From positions 2,262 to 66,261 of the forward strand of contig JBAUYI010000342.1 in NCBI GenBank assembly GCA_049584715.1: a DNA stretch of 64,000 bases. Reading direction: 5' to 3'. The DNA is from Xanthobacteraceae bacterium (lineage in GTDB: Bacteria > Pseudomonadota > Alphaproteobacteria > Rhizobiales > Xanthobacteraceae). The stretch's first letter is position 1. Each line of letters starts with the position of its first letter. The notes beneath the pieces were generated by a model, which searched no databases, was not told where the DNA came from, and saw only the letters and a program-made list of their open reading frames with translations. This document shows, piece after piece, positions 25,251 to 34,804 of this stretch. Both the position numbers and the translations under genes were made by a program.

Positions 25251-25275
25251 AACCAACAAATCAGGTTCCGGTTCC
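25251..25275 (-). promoter_or_regulatory. EcfG-type promoter (GGAAC-N16-GGTT) for membrane protein 24192..25145
   Basis: Top strand is AACC-aacaaatcaggttccg-GTTCC. Confidence 0.55.
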
Positions 25276-25460
25276 GCACTCCATCCGCGTTAAAATTCGT
25301 GCGGCTTTTCCCTTATTTTCCAACTGTCGAGCATCGACCAGGGCGCTGCAGCAATCATCGACTTGGAACTTTTCGCTATCCGGCATCTTTATGGCGAAAG
25401 ACTTCATCGTTGGAACGCACCCGCCGGGCGCGAGCTCCCAAGATTTGCGAGGACTAAGCC

Positions 25461-25634
25461 ATGCTCAATCTGGTCGTTACGCTCTTGATCATTGCCCTGA
25501 TCGCGGCCGTACTTGGATTCGGCGGCATCGCCGTGGCGGCAGTCGGCATCGCCAAGATCGTTTTCTTCGTCGCGCTGCTGCTATTCCTGATCGCTTTGCT
25601 CGCCGGCACGATGCGCGGTCCGCGGCCGCTGTAG
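25461..25634 (+). CDS. ytjA: UPF0391/DUF1328 membrane protein (YtjA-like, 57 aa; not in ORF track)
   Basis: GAGGA before the [45 protein letters not shown] is a family signature. Confidence 0.8.
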   Translation: MLNLVVTLLIIALIAAVLGFGGIAVAAVGIAKIVFFVALLLFLIALLAGTMRGPRPL

Positions 25635-25681
25635 AGCCCGCACCGTGCGGCATCATGTACGCGCCGATGTAGTTACCGCGA

Positions 25682-25707
25682 GGAACCTTCGCTTTCGCTG
25701 AGGCGTT
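25682..25707 (+). promoter_or_regulatory. EcfG-type promoter (GGAAC-N17-CGTT) for the three-subunit FAD dehydrogenase operon
   Basis: ggaac-cttcgctttcgctgagg-cgtt, 49 nt upstream of the ATG at 25756. Confidence 0.6.
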
Positions 25708-25755
25708 TGGCGATTAGCGTTGGGTGGCGCGACCGGGACTAAAGCCGTGCTCCGA

Positions 25756-26478
25756 ATGAATAGGCGACAGCTTCTCGGCTCCAGCGCGGTGGTGCTGCTG
25801 GTGTTGAGTTCGCGTTCTATTCGCGCGGCGATCGTCAAAGGCGGTTTGCCATGGAAGCCGGGCTCGGCCGACCCGCCGGCGGTGGTAACGCCGGACGGCT
25901 GGAAGTATTTCACACCCCAGGAAGCCGCGACCGTCGAGGCTGTTGTCGACCGTCTCATTCCGACCGATCCCGAGACACCCGGCGGCAAAGAGTGCGGATG
26001 CGCGATATTCATCGACCGCCAGCTTGCCGGCCCATACGGCAGGTTCGACGGCTACTACATGGACGGACCCTTCCAAGAAGGGACGAAGCAGCAGGGACCG
26101 CAATCCTCGGTCACGCCTGCGCAACAATATCGTAAGGCGCTCGCTGCGCTCGACAGCGCCTGCCGCGCCAAATTCGCCAACCGCGGCTTCGCCGATCTCT
26201 CCGACGATCAAAAAGATGAGGTCATCAGCGGCCTTGAAGACGGCTCGCTGAAGCTCGAGGGCGCCGAAGGCAAGAAGTTCTTTGAGCTCATCCTCAAAGA
26301 TACACAGAATGGATTTTTGGCCGATCCGATTTACGGCGGCAACAAGGACATGGCGTCGTGGAAGATGATCGGCTTTCCCGGCGCGCACTACGACTATCGC
26401 GATTGGATCGATCGGCACAATCAGCGCGTCACCTTGCCGCCGGTCGGCATCAATAATCATCCGAACTGGTCGCTGTAA
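25756..26478 (+). CDS. gluconate 2-dehydrogenase subunit 3 (gamma)-family small subunit, Tat signal
   Basis: MNRRQLLGSSAVVLLVLSS...AA is a twin-arginine-type leader. It lies upstream of the GMC flavoprotein. Confidence 0.7.
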   Translation: MNRRQLLGSSAVVLLVLSSRSIRAAIVKGGLPWKPGSADPPAVVTPDGWKYFTPQEAATVEAVVDRLIPTDPETPGGKECGCAIFIDRQLAGPYGRFDGYYMDGPFQEGTKQQGPQSSVTPAQQYRKALAALDSACRAKFANRGFADLSDDQKDEVISGLEDGSLKLEGAEGKKFFELILKDTQNGFLADPIYGGNKDMASWKMIGFPGAHYDYRDWIDRHNQRVTLPPVGINNHPNWSL

Positions 26479-26527
26479 GCGTTGAGGAACCGCGTGTGCC
26501 CGCGGCTACTTTGTAGGTGGAACAACA

Positions 26528-28306
26528 ATGGCGCAGAAACTTCCCCGCAAAGACGTCGTCGTCATCGGCCTCGGCTGGACTGGCTCCATCCTAGCCAATG
26601 AATTGACCGACGCCGGCCTCGATGTGGTGGCGATCGAGCGCGGCCCATGGCGCGACACCGCGAGCGACTTTCCGATCTCCTACGCCCAGGACGAATTGCG
26701 CTATCGGCTGCAGCACGAGCTGTTCCTGCGGCCGTCGCAGATGTCGGTGACATTCCGCAATAACGGCAATCAAACGGCGCTCCCGGTGCGCAACTGGGGC
26801 GCCTTCATGCTCGGTAACGGCGTCGGTGGTGCCGGCGTTCATTGGAACGCCGAGACTTGGCGCTTCTTGCCGAGCGACTTCGTCCTTCGCAGTCATCTGA
26901 CGCAACGTTACGGCGCCAATTTCCTGCCGGCGGACATGACCATCCAGGATTGGGGCGTCACGTTCGACGATCTCGAGCCGCATTATGACGAGTTCGAATA
27001 TTTATGTGGCACGTCAGGCAAAGCCGGCAATCTCAAGGGAGCGATCCAGGAGGGCGGCAATCCGTTCGAGGGTGCGCGCTCGCGGCCCTATCCGACGCCA
27101 CCGCAGAAGCAAGGCTATGGCCATATGCTGTTTGCGAAGGCTGCCCAGGAGCTGGGCTACAAGCCGTTTCCGCAGCCGTCCGGAAATCTTTCGCAGTCCT
27201 ATACCAATCCGCTCGGCGTCACGCTGGGGCAGTGCACTTATTGCGGCTTCTGCGAATGGTTCGGCTGCGCCAATTATTCCAAGGCCAGCCCGCAGACCAC
27301 GATCCTGCCGGTGCTGACGCGAAAATCGAATTTCGAGGCGCGAACGGAATGCGAGGCCACTCGCATCGATCTCGACCGGTCGCGCAAGATGGCGACGGGC
27401 GTCACCTATGTGAATGCATCGGGCGAGGAATTTGAACAGCCGGCCGACCTCGTCATCCTCTGCAGCTTTCAGCTCTTCAATGTCCAGCTTCTACTTCTCT
27501 CGGGCATCGGGACGCCATACGACCCGAGCACCGGTCAAGGCCAGATTGGCCGCAATTTCACGCATCAGACCATGTCGACCGCGCTCGGCTTCTTCGACAA
27601 GGACAAATACAATTTCAACCCATTCGTCGCGTCCGGCGCGATCGGCATGATCATCGATGAGTTCAACGGTGATAATTTCGACCATGGGCCGCTGGGATTC
27701 GTCGGCGGTGGCTATCTCGGCCAGGTGCAGACCAACGGCCGGCCGCTCGAAAGCATGGAGCTGCCGCCAGGCACTCCGGCTTGGGGCGCGAAATGGAAGC
27801 AAGGGCTGCGCGACAACTATTTGAGCACACTCAATTCAGGCGGCGGGGTGCACGCTTCCTTCTACAGCTATCGCGATAATTACATCGACCTCGATCCGAT
27901 ATACAAGGACCGGTTCGGTCGGCCATTGGCGCGTTTGACATTCGACTTACACGACAACGAACTGAAGATGAGCGAGTGGCTCACCGACAAATACGCCGAG
28001 ATCGTCCAGCAGATGGGGGCCAGACAGGTCGTCAAGAAGCCGCGCAAAGGCCCCTACGACGTGACGCAATACCAGACGTCGCACCTCAACGGCGGCGCCA
28101 TCATGGGCGACAATCCCGGCAACAGCGCGCTCAACAGATATCTGCAGAGCTGGGACGTGCCCAATCTGTTCGTGCAAGGCGCATCCGCTTTCCCGCAGAA
28201 CGCCGGTTACAACCCGACTGGGACGGTGGGCGCGCTCGCCTTCTGGTCCGCCGCCGCGATCCGTTCGCAATATCTCAAAAATCCGGGCCCGCTCGTTCAT
28301 GCCTAG
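26528..28306 (+). CDS. GMC-family FAD-dependent dehydrogenase large subunit (gluconate 2-dehydrogenase alpha-like)
   Basis: 592 aa with an N-terminal Rossmann motif VVVIGLGWTGS and a GMC C-terminal region. Confidence 0.8.
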   Translation: MAQKLPRKDVVVIGLGWTGSILANELTDAGLDVVAIERGPWRDTASDFPISYAQDELRYRLQHELFLRPSQMSVTFRNNGNQTALPVRNWGAFMLGNGVGGAGVHWNAETWRFLPSDFVLRSHLTQRYGANFLPADMTIQDWGVTFDDLEPHYDEFEYLCGTSGKAGNLKGAIQEGGNPFEGARSRPYPTPPQKQGYGHMLFAKAAQELGYKPFPQPSGNLSQSYTNPLGVTLGQCTYCGFCEWFGCANYSKASPQTTILPVLTRKSNFEARTECEATRIDLDRSRKMATGVTYVNASGEEFEQPADLVILCSFQLFNVQLLLLSGIGTPYDPSTGQGQIGRNFTHQTMSTALGFFDKDKYNFNPFVASGAIGMIIDEFNGDNFDHGPLGFVGGGYLGQVQTNGRPLESMELPPGTPAWGAKWKQGLRDNYLSTLNSGGGVHASFYSYRDNYIDLDPIYKDRFGRPLARLTFDLHDNELKMSEWLTDKYAEIVQQMGARQVVKKPRKGPYDVTQYQTSHLNGGAIMGDNPGNSALNRYLQSWDVPNLFVQGASAFPQNAGYNPTGTVGALAFWSAAAIRSQYLKNPGPLVHA

Positions 28307-29561
28307 GAACGAAAGAATTTTGTCGAGGCTTACGCGAGCGCTACTCGCGGGCGCGGCACTCACTGTCTGCGTCGGCGCTGCCGAGGCGGCTGGTATCGAC
28401 ACGCAGAATTTCAACCAGGTCGAGCGCGGACATTATTTGTCCATCCTCGGCGATTGCGCGGCCTGCCACACATTGCCCGGCAGCGGCCATGACTTTGCCG
28501 GCGGACGGTCGATCGAAACGCCGTTTGGCAAGCTGGTTGCGCCCAATATAACGCCGGATCCGACGACCGGTATCGGGGCCTGGACCGACGATGAGTTCGT
28601 CAACGCTCTGACGAAAGGAACCGGCCGGAATGGTACGCATCTCTATCCGGCGATGCCCTACACCTATTACACCAAGCTGACGCGCGACGATGCGCTCGCC
28701 ATCCGCGCCTATCTCAATACGGTGCCGGCCGTGCATGACGCGGTGAATGCGGATCAACTGCCGTTTCCGTTCAATGTTCGCGCCTCCATGGCGGTTTGGG
28801 ACAAATTGTTCTTCACTCCAGGCACCTTCCAGCCGGCCGCCGATAAGAGCGCGGAATGGAACCGCGGCGCCTATCTGACGCAAGGCCCCGCCCATTGCGG
28901 CATGTGCCACACGCCGAAAAATTTTCTTGGCGCCGACAAAGCCGGTGAAGTGCTGCAAGGCTATGCGCTGCAAGGCTGGTTCGCGCCCAATATCACCAAC
29001 GATGCGCGGCACGGCCTCGGTTCATGGTCGGTCGACGATGTCGTCACTTATCTCAAGACCGGTCATAACCGGACGGGCGCGGCAACCGGGCCGATGTCGG
29101 AAACGCTCAATCTCTCGACCTCGCATATGAGCGACGACGACCTCAAGGCGATCGCGGTCTATCTGAAAGACATACCGGGCGAGCAGGAGAGCGCTCCACC
29201 AGCGCCCGACCAGAAGGCGATAACAATCGGTGCACAAATTTATGCCGATGAATGTTCCGGCTGTCACACCGCCAATGGCAAGGGCGTTGCCGGTATTTTT
29301 CCGGCACTGAGCGGCTCTCCGGCGGTGCAACAGAACGATCCGACATCGCTGTTGCATGTCGTGTTGCGTGGCGCGCGCAACGTCGGCACGGATAAGGCGC
29401 CGACGGCACCTGCCATGCCAGCCTTCGCGTGGGTTTTGAACGATGACCAGGTTGCCGCGGTCGTCACCTATATCCGCAACGCCTGGGGCAACGCGGCACC
29501 GCCGGTGAGCAGTGAGACTGTGAGCAAGACGCGCGGGGCCTTGGTCGAGCGAAGCGACTGA
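28299..29561 (+). CDS. tri-haem cytochrome c subunit of the membrane dehydrogenase
   Basis: Signal peptide plus three CxxCH motifs (CAACH, CGMCH, CSGCH). It overlaps the flavoprotein gene by 8 nt. Confidence 0.85.
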   Translation: MPRNERILSRLTRALLAGAALTVCVGAAEAAGIDTQNFNQVERGHYLSILGDCAACHTLPGSGHDFAGGRSIETPFGKLVAPNITPDPTTGIGAWTDDEFVNALTKGTGRNGTHLYPAMPYTYYTKLTRDDALAIRAYLNTVPAVHDAVNADQLPFPFNVRASMAVWDKLFFTPGTFQPAADKSAEWNRGAYLTQGPAHCGMCHTPKNFLGADKAGEVLQGYALQGWFAPNITNDARHGLGSWSVDDVVTYLKTGHNRTGAATGPMSETLNLSTSHMSDDDLKAIAVYLKDIPGEQESAPPAPDQKAITIGAQIYADECSGCHTANGKGVAGIFPALSGSPAVQQNDPTSLLHVVLRGARNVGTDKAPTAPAMPAFAWVLNDDQVAAVVTYIRNAWGNAAPPVSSETVSKTRGALVERSD

Positions 29562-29603
29562 ACGCGCAACTTCGACATGGGGAGACGATGACCGCGCTCA
29601 GCG

Positions 29604-29759
29604 TCAGGCGAAGTAAATCGCGTAGACCACGGCAAAGGCGACGATGACCCCGATAAGCCCGAAGCCCAGCACGTAACGGACATTGTGGCCCGTTACCCCC
29701 TCCCGCGCCTCCTGGGTCGATAGGATAGTGCGATGCTCGTCATCGGGCGAAGCGCTCAT
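29604..29759 (-). CDS. 51-aa single-TM membrane protein, hypothetical
   Basis: Internal ATG after AGGAGA. Product is MSASPDDEHRTILSTQEAREGVTGHNVRYVLGFGLIGVIVAFAVVYAIYFA. Confidence 0.55.
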   Translation of the reverse strand: MSASPDDEHRTILSTQEAREGVTGHNVRYVLGFGLIGVIVAFAVVYAIYFA

Positions 29760-29789
29760 GGAATTTCTCCTGCATCCTGGTGCGACGAT

Positions 29790-29814
29790 AACCGAAGCGC
29801 GGACCGTGTGTTCC
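29790..29814 (-). promoter_or_regulatory. EcfG-type promoter (GGAAC-N16-GGTT) for the 51-aa membrane protein
   Basis: Top strand is AACC-gaagcgcggaccgtgt-GTTCC. The -10 lies 31 nt from the ATG. Confidence 0.55.
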
Positions 29815-29840
29815 TGGAATTGCGGCGCGGTTCCCGGAAC

Positions 29841-29865
29841 GGAACCATTGCGGCAAGCGCGGGTT
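29841..29865 (+). promoter_or_regulatory. EcfG-type promoter (GGAAC-N16-GGTT) upstream of actA (ACIII/oxidase cluster)
   Basis: ggaac-cattgcggcaagcgcg-ggtt, 88 nt upstream of the ATG at 29953. It is divergent from the site at 29790. Confidence 0.5.
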
Positions 29866-29952
29866 AGCAAAAGACATTGGCCGGAGGCGGGAGCGTCACC
29901 GGATGCACGCGAGTGTCGGGGCGATTGATCTGGTTGGCGCGGAGAGCGGCAG

Positions 29953-30606
29953 ATGCCGCAGCTATTTCCACCCTATGCCGACACGATCGCCAGATTTGTC
30001 CTCGTCGCCATTGTCGTCGTGCCATTTCTAGCTGTCGGCGTAGCCTATTGGGTGAGTGCGTCCGAATACGTGACCGGGCGGTCTATCACTTACGACCAAC
30101 CGATTCCGTTCAGCCATGCCCATCATGTCGGTGGTCTCGGTCTCGATTGCCGCTACTGCCACACCGGCGTCGAAACATCCGCCGTCGCCGGCATCCCGCC
30201 CACTCGCACCTGCATGACCTGCCACTCGCAGCTTTACACCCAGACCGCGATGCTGGCGCCGGTGCGCGAGAGTCTCGCCGACGGCCGGCCGATCCATTGG
30301 AACAAAGTCAACAAGCTACCGGATTACGTCTACTTCGATCATTCCATCCACATCGCTAAAGGCGTCGGCTGCACGACATGCCATGGCGATGTGGCGCGCA
30401 TGCCGCTGATGCGACAGGCCGCGCCGCTCACCATGAGCTGGTGTCTCGACTGCCATCGCGATCCGGCACCGAACCTTCGGCCGGTTTCCGCGGTTTTCGA
30501 TCCGGACTGGAAATTTCCGGACGACGAGGCGCGGCGCGAGCCGACGCTGGCCCACCAAGCAATCGACAACAAACATCTCACCGACTGTTCCGTGTGTCAT
30601 CGATGA
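29953..30606 (+). CDS. actA: Alternative Complex III subunit ActA, membrane-anchored pentahaem cytochrome c
   Basis: N-terminal TM helix plus five CxxCH motifs (CRYCH, CMTCH, CTTCH, CLDCH, CSVCH). Confidence 0.85.
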   Translation: MPQLFPPYADTIARFVLVAIVVVPFLAVGVAYWVSASEYVTGRSITYDQPIPFSHAHHVGGLGLDCRYCHTGVETSAVAGIPPTRTCMTCHSQLYTQTAMLAPVRESLADGRPIHWNKVNKLPDYVYFDHSIHIAKGVGCTTCHGDVARMPLMRQAAPLTMSWCLDCHRDPAPNLRPVSAVFDPDWKFPDDEARREPTLAHQAIDNKHLTDCSVCHR

Positions 30607-33422
30607 GCGACCGGCATCCTTCTTTCGACATAGACCGCCGCGCGGCGCTGAAGCTTTTTGTCAGCGGCGCGGCATTGGCGTTGGCGTCGTGCGGCCGGCC
30701 AGATCAAGAGGTTGTGCCTTATGTCGAGATGCCCGAGCGCTTGACGCCCGGTCTGCCGCTGCGCTTTGCCAGTGCGCTGCCCCTCGCCGGTTATGGCCGC
30801 GGCGTCATCGTCACCACGGTCGAGGGCCGCCCGATCAAGATCGACGGCAATCCGCGCCATCCAGCGAGCCTCGGCGCCACCGACGTGTTTGCCGAAGCGG
30901 CGGTGCTGTCGCTCTATGACCCGGATCGCTCGCAGGCGCCGCGCAGTGGCGGTCGGATTCAATCGTGGAGCGCATTCGAGGCGGCGCTGCGAGCGCGGAT
31001 CGATCAGGAAGTTTTGCGCCACGGCTCCGGCCTTGCGCTGCTGACGGGGCGCGTGACTTCGCCAACGCTGATCAAGCAGATCGGCGATCTCATGCAGCGT
31101 TTCCCGGAAGCGAAGTGGTATCGCTATGAGCCGGTCGAAGACGACGCCATCCGCGCCGGCGCCCTCCAGGCATTCGGCCGACCGTTGACGGCTATCCCGC
31201 GCTTCAACGATGCGCGCGTGGCGTTGCTGCTCGACGCCGATCCGCTCGGCTTCGGACCCGAGCAGATCAGGTTCGCCCGTGACATCATCGCTGCGCGCCA
31301 ATCGCATACGCCGGAACGGTCGCTGCGGCTCTATGCGGTGGAACCGTCATGGACACTAAGCGGCGCGCTGGCCGATCACCGCTTGGCACTCCCCCATCAC
31401 CTCATCCGCAATGTCGCGCTGGCGATTGCCGGCGCGCTTGGTACCGCTGGGCCGCAGGCCGCATTGCCGGCCGATTTGGCACAATTCACCAGATCGGCCG
31501 CGGCCGATCTTCTGGCGCAACTCGGCGCCGCGATAGTTTTGGCCGGGCCGCGGCAGCCGCCCGAAGTGCACGCGCTGTGTCACTGGATCAATGAGCAGCT
31601 CGATGCGCCGATCGATTACATCGCGCCGGTCGATCCGGTCGCGACGGGGCACGCGGAATCGCTGCGCAATCTGGCCGGCGACATTCACGCCGGCGATATC
31701 GAAACGCTGCTCGTCATCGGTGCCAACCCAGCCTATGACACGGCGGGTGAGCTCGGCTTGGCCGGCGCTATCGGCACGGTGCCGTTCTCCACGCATCTCG
31801 CCCTCTATCAGGACGAGACCGCCGCGTGCTGCACTTGGCATCTGCCGTTGTCGCATCCGCTCGAAAGCTGGTCCGATCTTCGCGCCTGTGACGGCACGGC
31901 GAGTATCGTTCAGCCGCTCATCCGGCCGCTCTACGACAGCCGCACTGCCCATGAGGTCCTTGCCGTGCTCGGCGGTGCAGTCGCGCCGTCGGCGTTCGAC
32001 CTCGTCCGCGAGCAGTGGCGCGCCACCCATGGCGCGAGCGACTTCGACGCCTGGTGGCGCCAATCGTTGCAAGACGGCGTCATCGCCGACAGCGCTTCAG
32101 CCAAAATAGCGGCGCCGTCGCCGGTATTGCCGCAGCTCGCAGCGGCCACGGCCAAAAGCGGATTTAGCCTGGCCTTGGCGCCCGATCCTTCGGTGTTCGA
32201 CGGCAGCATGGCGAACAATGCCTGGCTGCAGGAATGTCCAAAGCCATTCACCAAACAGGTCTGGGGCAACGTGCTGCATGTCTCCGAAGCCGATGCCCGC
32301 AATCTCGGCGTTGTCGACGGCGACATGGTGCGGATTACAGACGACAAGCTGATCGTCGAGGCGCCGGTCCTGGTGCAGCCCGAACAGGCGACGCGCACCA
32401 TTTCAACGACATTGGGCTATGGGCGCACCCAGGCCGGCGGCATCGGCAGCAATATCGGCTTCGATGTCTATCGACTGCGTCGCGCCGATGCACCCTGGGC
32501 AATCGACAACGTCACGGTGAGCCCTACGGGCCGCAAGCAGAATCTGCTGCGCACGCAGCATTTCTTCACACTGGACGGCGAAGCCAAGGACTTGCAGCCG
32601 CGCTTCAATCTCGCCGATTTGGCGAAAAGCGATCTCGGCCTGAACAAACCGGGCGCCCATCCGCCGACGCTCTACCCGCCGCACACTTACGACACCTACA
32701 AATGGGCGATGGCGATCGACACGGCGGCCTGCATCGGCTGCAACGCCTGCGTCATCGCCTGCCAGGCGGAGAATAATGTGCCGATCGTTGGCCCCGACGA
32801 AATCGCCGTCGGCCGCGGCATGCACTGGCTGCGCATCGACGACTATGTGGTCGACGGCCGGCCCGGTTTCTCGCCGGTGCCCTGCATGCATTGCGAGCAT
32901 GCGCCGTGCGAGCCGGTGTGTCCGGTGGCGGCCTCTGTACATGACGGCGAGGGATTGAACGTCCAGGTCTACAATCGCTGCGTCGGCACGCGATTCTGCC
33001 AGTCGAACTGCCCCTACAAAGTGCGCCGCTTCAACTTCTTCGGCTATGCCGACGGCGAGGAATATTCGAGCTACGGTGCCGACATCGTCAAAGCCGTGTT
33101 CAATCCCGACGTCACGGTACGCGGGCGCGGCGTCATGGAGAAGTGCACCTATTGCGTCCAGCGCATCAGCCGCACGCGTCGCGCCGCCGAGAAAGACAAC
33201 CGCGCGATCGGCGAGGGTGAAGTCGTTACCGCCTGTCAGGCCGCCTGTCCGACACGGGCGATCAGTTTCGGCGATCTCTCCGATCCGAAATCCCGCGTCA
33301 ACGCATTGCGCAACGAGCCGCACGCCTACGCGCTGCTCGGTAACCTGGGCACGCGGCCACGCACCAGCTATCTCGCCCGGCTGCAAAATCCAAATCCGGA
33401 TTTCGGCAAGGTGCAGTCATGA
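30603..33422 (+). CDS. actB: ACIII subunit ActB (fused molybdopterin-like B1 + 4Fe-4S ferredoxin B2 domains)
   Basis: ATGA overlap with actA. Leader DRRAALKLFVSGAALALASCG. C-terminal Fe-S motifs CIGCNACVIAC, CMHCEHAPCEPVCP and CVGTRFCQSNCP. Confidence 0.85.
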   Translation: MSDRHPSFDIDRRAALKLFVSGAALALASCGRPDQEVVPYVEMPERLTPGLPLRFASALPLAGYGRGVIVTTVEGRPIKIDGNPRHPASLGATDVFAEAAVLSLYDPDRSQAPRSGGRIQSWSAFEAALRARIDQEVLRHGSGLALLTGRVTSPTLIKQIGDLMQRFPEAKWYRYEPVEDDAIRAGALQAFGRPLTAIPRFNDARVALLLDADPLGFGPEQIRFARDIIAARQSHTPERSLRLYAVEPSWTLSGALADHRLALPHHLIRNVALAIAGALGTAGPQAALPADLAQFTRSAAADLLAQLGAAIVLAGPRQPPEVHALCHWINEQLDAPIDYIAPVDPVATGHAESLRNLAGDIHAGDIETLLVIGANPAYDTAGELGLAGAIGTVPFSTHLALYQDETAACCTWHLPLSHPLESWSDLRACDGTASIVQPLIRPLYDSRTAHEVLAVLGGAVAPSAFDLVREQWRATHGASDFDAWWRQSLQDGVIADSASAKIAAPSPVLPQLAAATAKSGFSLALAPDPSVFDGSMANNAWLQECPKPFTKQVWGNVLHVSEADARNLGVVDGDMVRITDDKLIVEAPVLVQPEQATRTISTTLGYGRTQAGGIGSNIGFDVYRLRRADAPWAIDNVTVSPTGRKQNLLRTQHFFTLDGEAKDLQPRFNLADLAKSDLGLNKPGAHPPTLYPPHTYDTYKWAMAIDTAACIGCNACVIACQAENNVPIVGPDEIAVGRGMHWLRIDDYVVDGRPGFSPVPCMHCEHAPCEPVCPVAASVHDGEGLNVQVYNRCVGTRFCQSNCPYKVRRFNFFGYADGEEYSSYGADIVKAVFNPDVTVRGRGVMEKCTYCVQRISRTRRAAEKDNRAIGEGEVVTACQAACPTRAISFGDLSDPKSRVNALRNEPHAYALLGNLGTRPRTSYLARLQNPNPDFGKVQS

Positions 33423-34804
33423 CGGTGGCGACTGTCATGCGCGAGGACACGCCAGCCGTGGCAACGCGCTGGATTTTGCCGAAAGCGCGCGATTTTGAAA
33501 CCGTCAACGCACTGATCGCCGCACCGTTATTCGACCGCGGTTCTTGGACGTGGCGGGCCTGGTGGATTGGCTTCGCCGTAAGCCTGGCGCTGACGATGGC
33601 ATTCCTCGTCGCAGTGCTTTTGGTGTTTACCCGCGGTATCGGCATCTGGGGCGTCAACACCACCGTCGTCTGGGGCTTTGCCATCGCCAATTACGTCTGG
33701 TGGATCGGCATTGGCAATGCCGGCACCTTGATCTCGGCGATGCTGCTGTTGATGCGGCAGAAGTGGCGTGCCTCGACCAATCGCTTCGCCGAAGCGATGA
33801 CGCTGTTCGCCGCCGCCATCGCCGGCATTTTTCCGATCATTCACCTTGGCCGGCCGCTCTATTTCTACTGGCTTACGCCCTATCCCAATACGATGATGCT
33901 GTGGCCGCAATGGCGTAGCGCGTTGATCTGGGATTTCTGGGCGATCCTCAGTTATATCCTGTTCTCAATCCTGTTCTGGTATGTCGGTCTCATTCCCGAT
34001 CTCGCAACCATGCGGGATCGCGCCAAAACCAAAGCGCCACGCCTGATCTACGGCGCCTTGGCGCTCGGCTGGCGCGGCGCGGCGCGGCATTGGCACGCTT
34101 ACGAGACGCTGCATCTCGCACTCGCCTGTCTCGGTGTCCCACTCGTAGTCTCGCTGCACAGCGTCGTCGGCATGGATTTCGCCGCTAGCCTAATGCCGGG
34201 TTGGCAGGAAACGATCTTCCCGCCCTATTTCGTCATCGGCGCGATGTATTCCGGCTTCGCCATGGTGGTGTGCCTCGCCGCTCTGGTGCGTTGGGGCTTT
34301 TGCATGCAAAGCCTCATCACGGTGGCGCATTTCGACGTCATGGCGAAAGTCATGCTGGCGGCCTCGATCATCATGGGGCTGTCCTACGCCAGCGAATGGT
34401 TCAATGCCTGGTACGGCGGCGAGCATGTCGACCGCAGCTTGGTGGCGTTCCAGTTTACCGGCGCTTATGCGCCGTTGTTTTGGACGCTACTGCTCTGCAA
34501 TGTCGCCATCCCGCAGGCGTTTTGGTTAACCGCCGTGCGCGACAATATCGTCGCGGTGTTCGCCATCGCGGTGCTGATCAATATCGGGATGTGGCTCGAG
34601 CGCATCCTGATCGTCTGGAACACGCTGTCACACGATTACATGCCGGGCATGTGGCGCCTGTTCATCCCGACCATTTGGGATTGGATCACGACGCTCGGCT
34701 CGCTCGGGCTATTCACACTGATGTTCCTCATTTTCGTGCGCCTCGTGCCGGTGGTGTCGATGCACGAGGTGCGCAAGCTCGTCGCCGAGGAGGCCGCGTC
34801 ATGA
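33419..34804 (+). CDS. actC: ACIII subunit ActC (NrfD/PsrC-like quinol-interacting membrane subunit)
   Basis: 461-aa polytopic protein with an ATGA overlap, in the expected position after actB. Confidence 0.8.
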   Translation: MTVATVMREDTPAVATRWILPKARDFETVNALIAAPLFDRGSWTWRAWWIGFAVSLALTMAFLVAVLLVFTRGIGIWGVNTTVVWGFAIANYVWWIGIGNAGTLISAMLLLMRQKWRASTNRFAEAMTLFAAAIAGIFPIIHLGRPLYFYWLTPYPNTMMLWPQWRSALIWDFWAILSYILFSILFWYVGLIPDLATMRDRAKTKAPRLIYGALALGWRGAARHWHAYETLHLALACLGVPLVVSLHSVVGMDFAASLMPGWQETIFPPYFVIGAMYSGFAMVVCLAALVRWGFCMQSLITVAHFDVMAKVMLAASIIMGLSYASEWFNAWYGGEHVDRSLVAFQFTGAYAPLFWTLLLCNVAIPQAFWLTAVRDNIVAVFAIAVLINIGMWLERILIVWNTLSHDYMPGMWRLFIPTIWDWITTLGSLGLFTLMFLIFVRLVPVVSMHEVRKLVAEEAAS

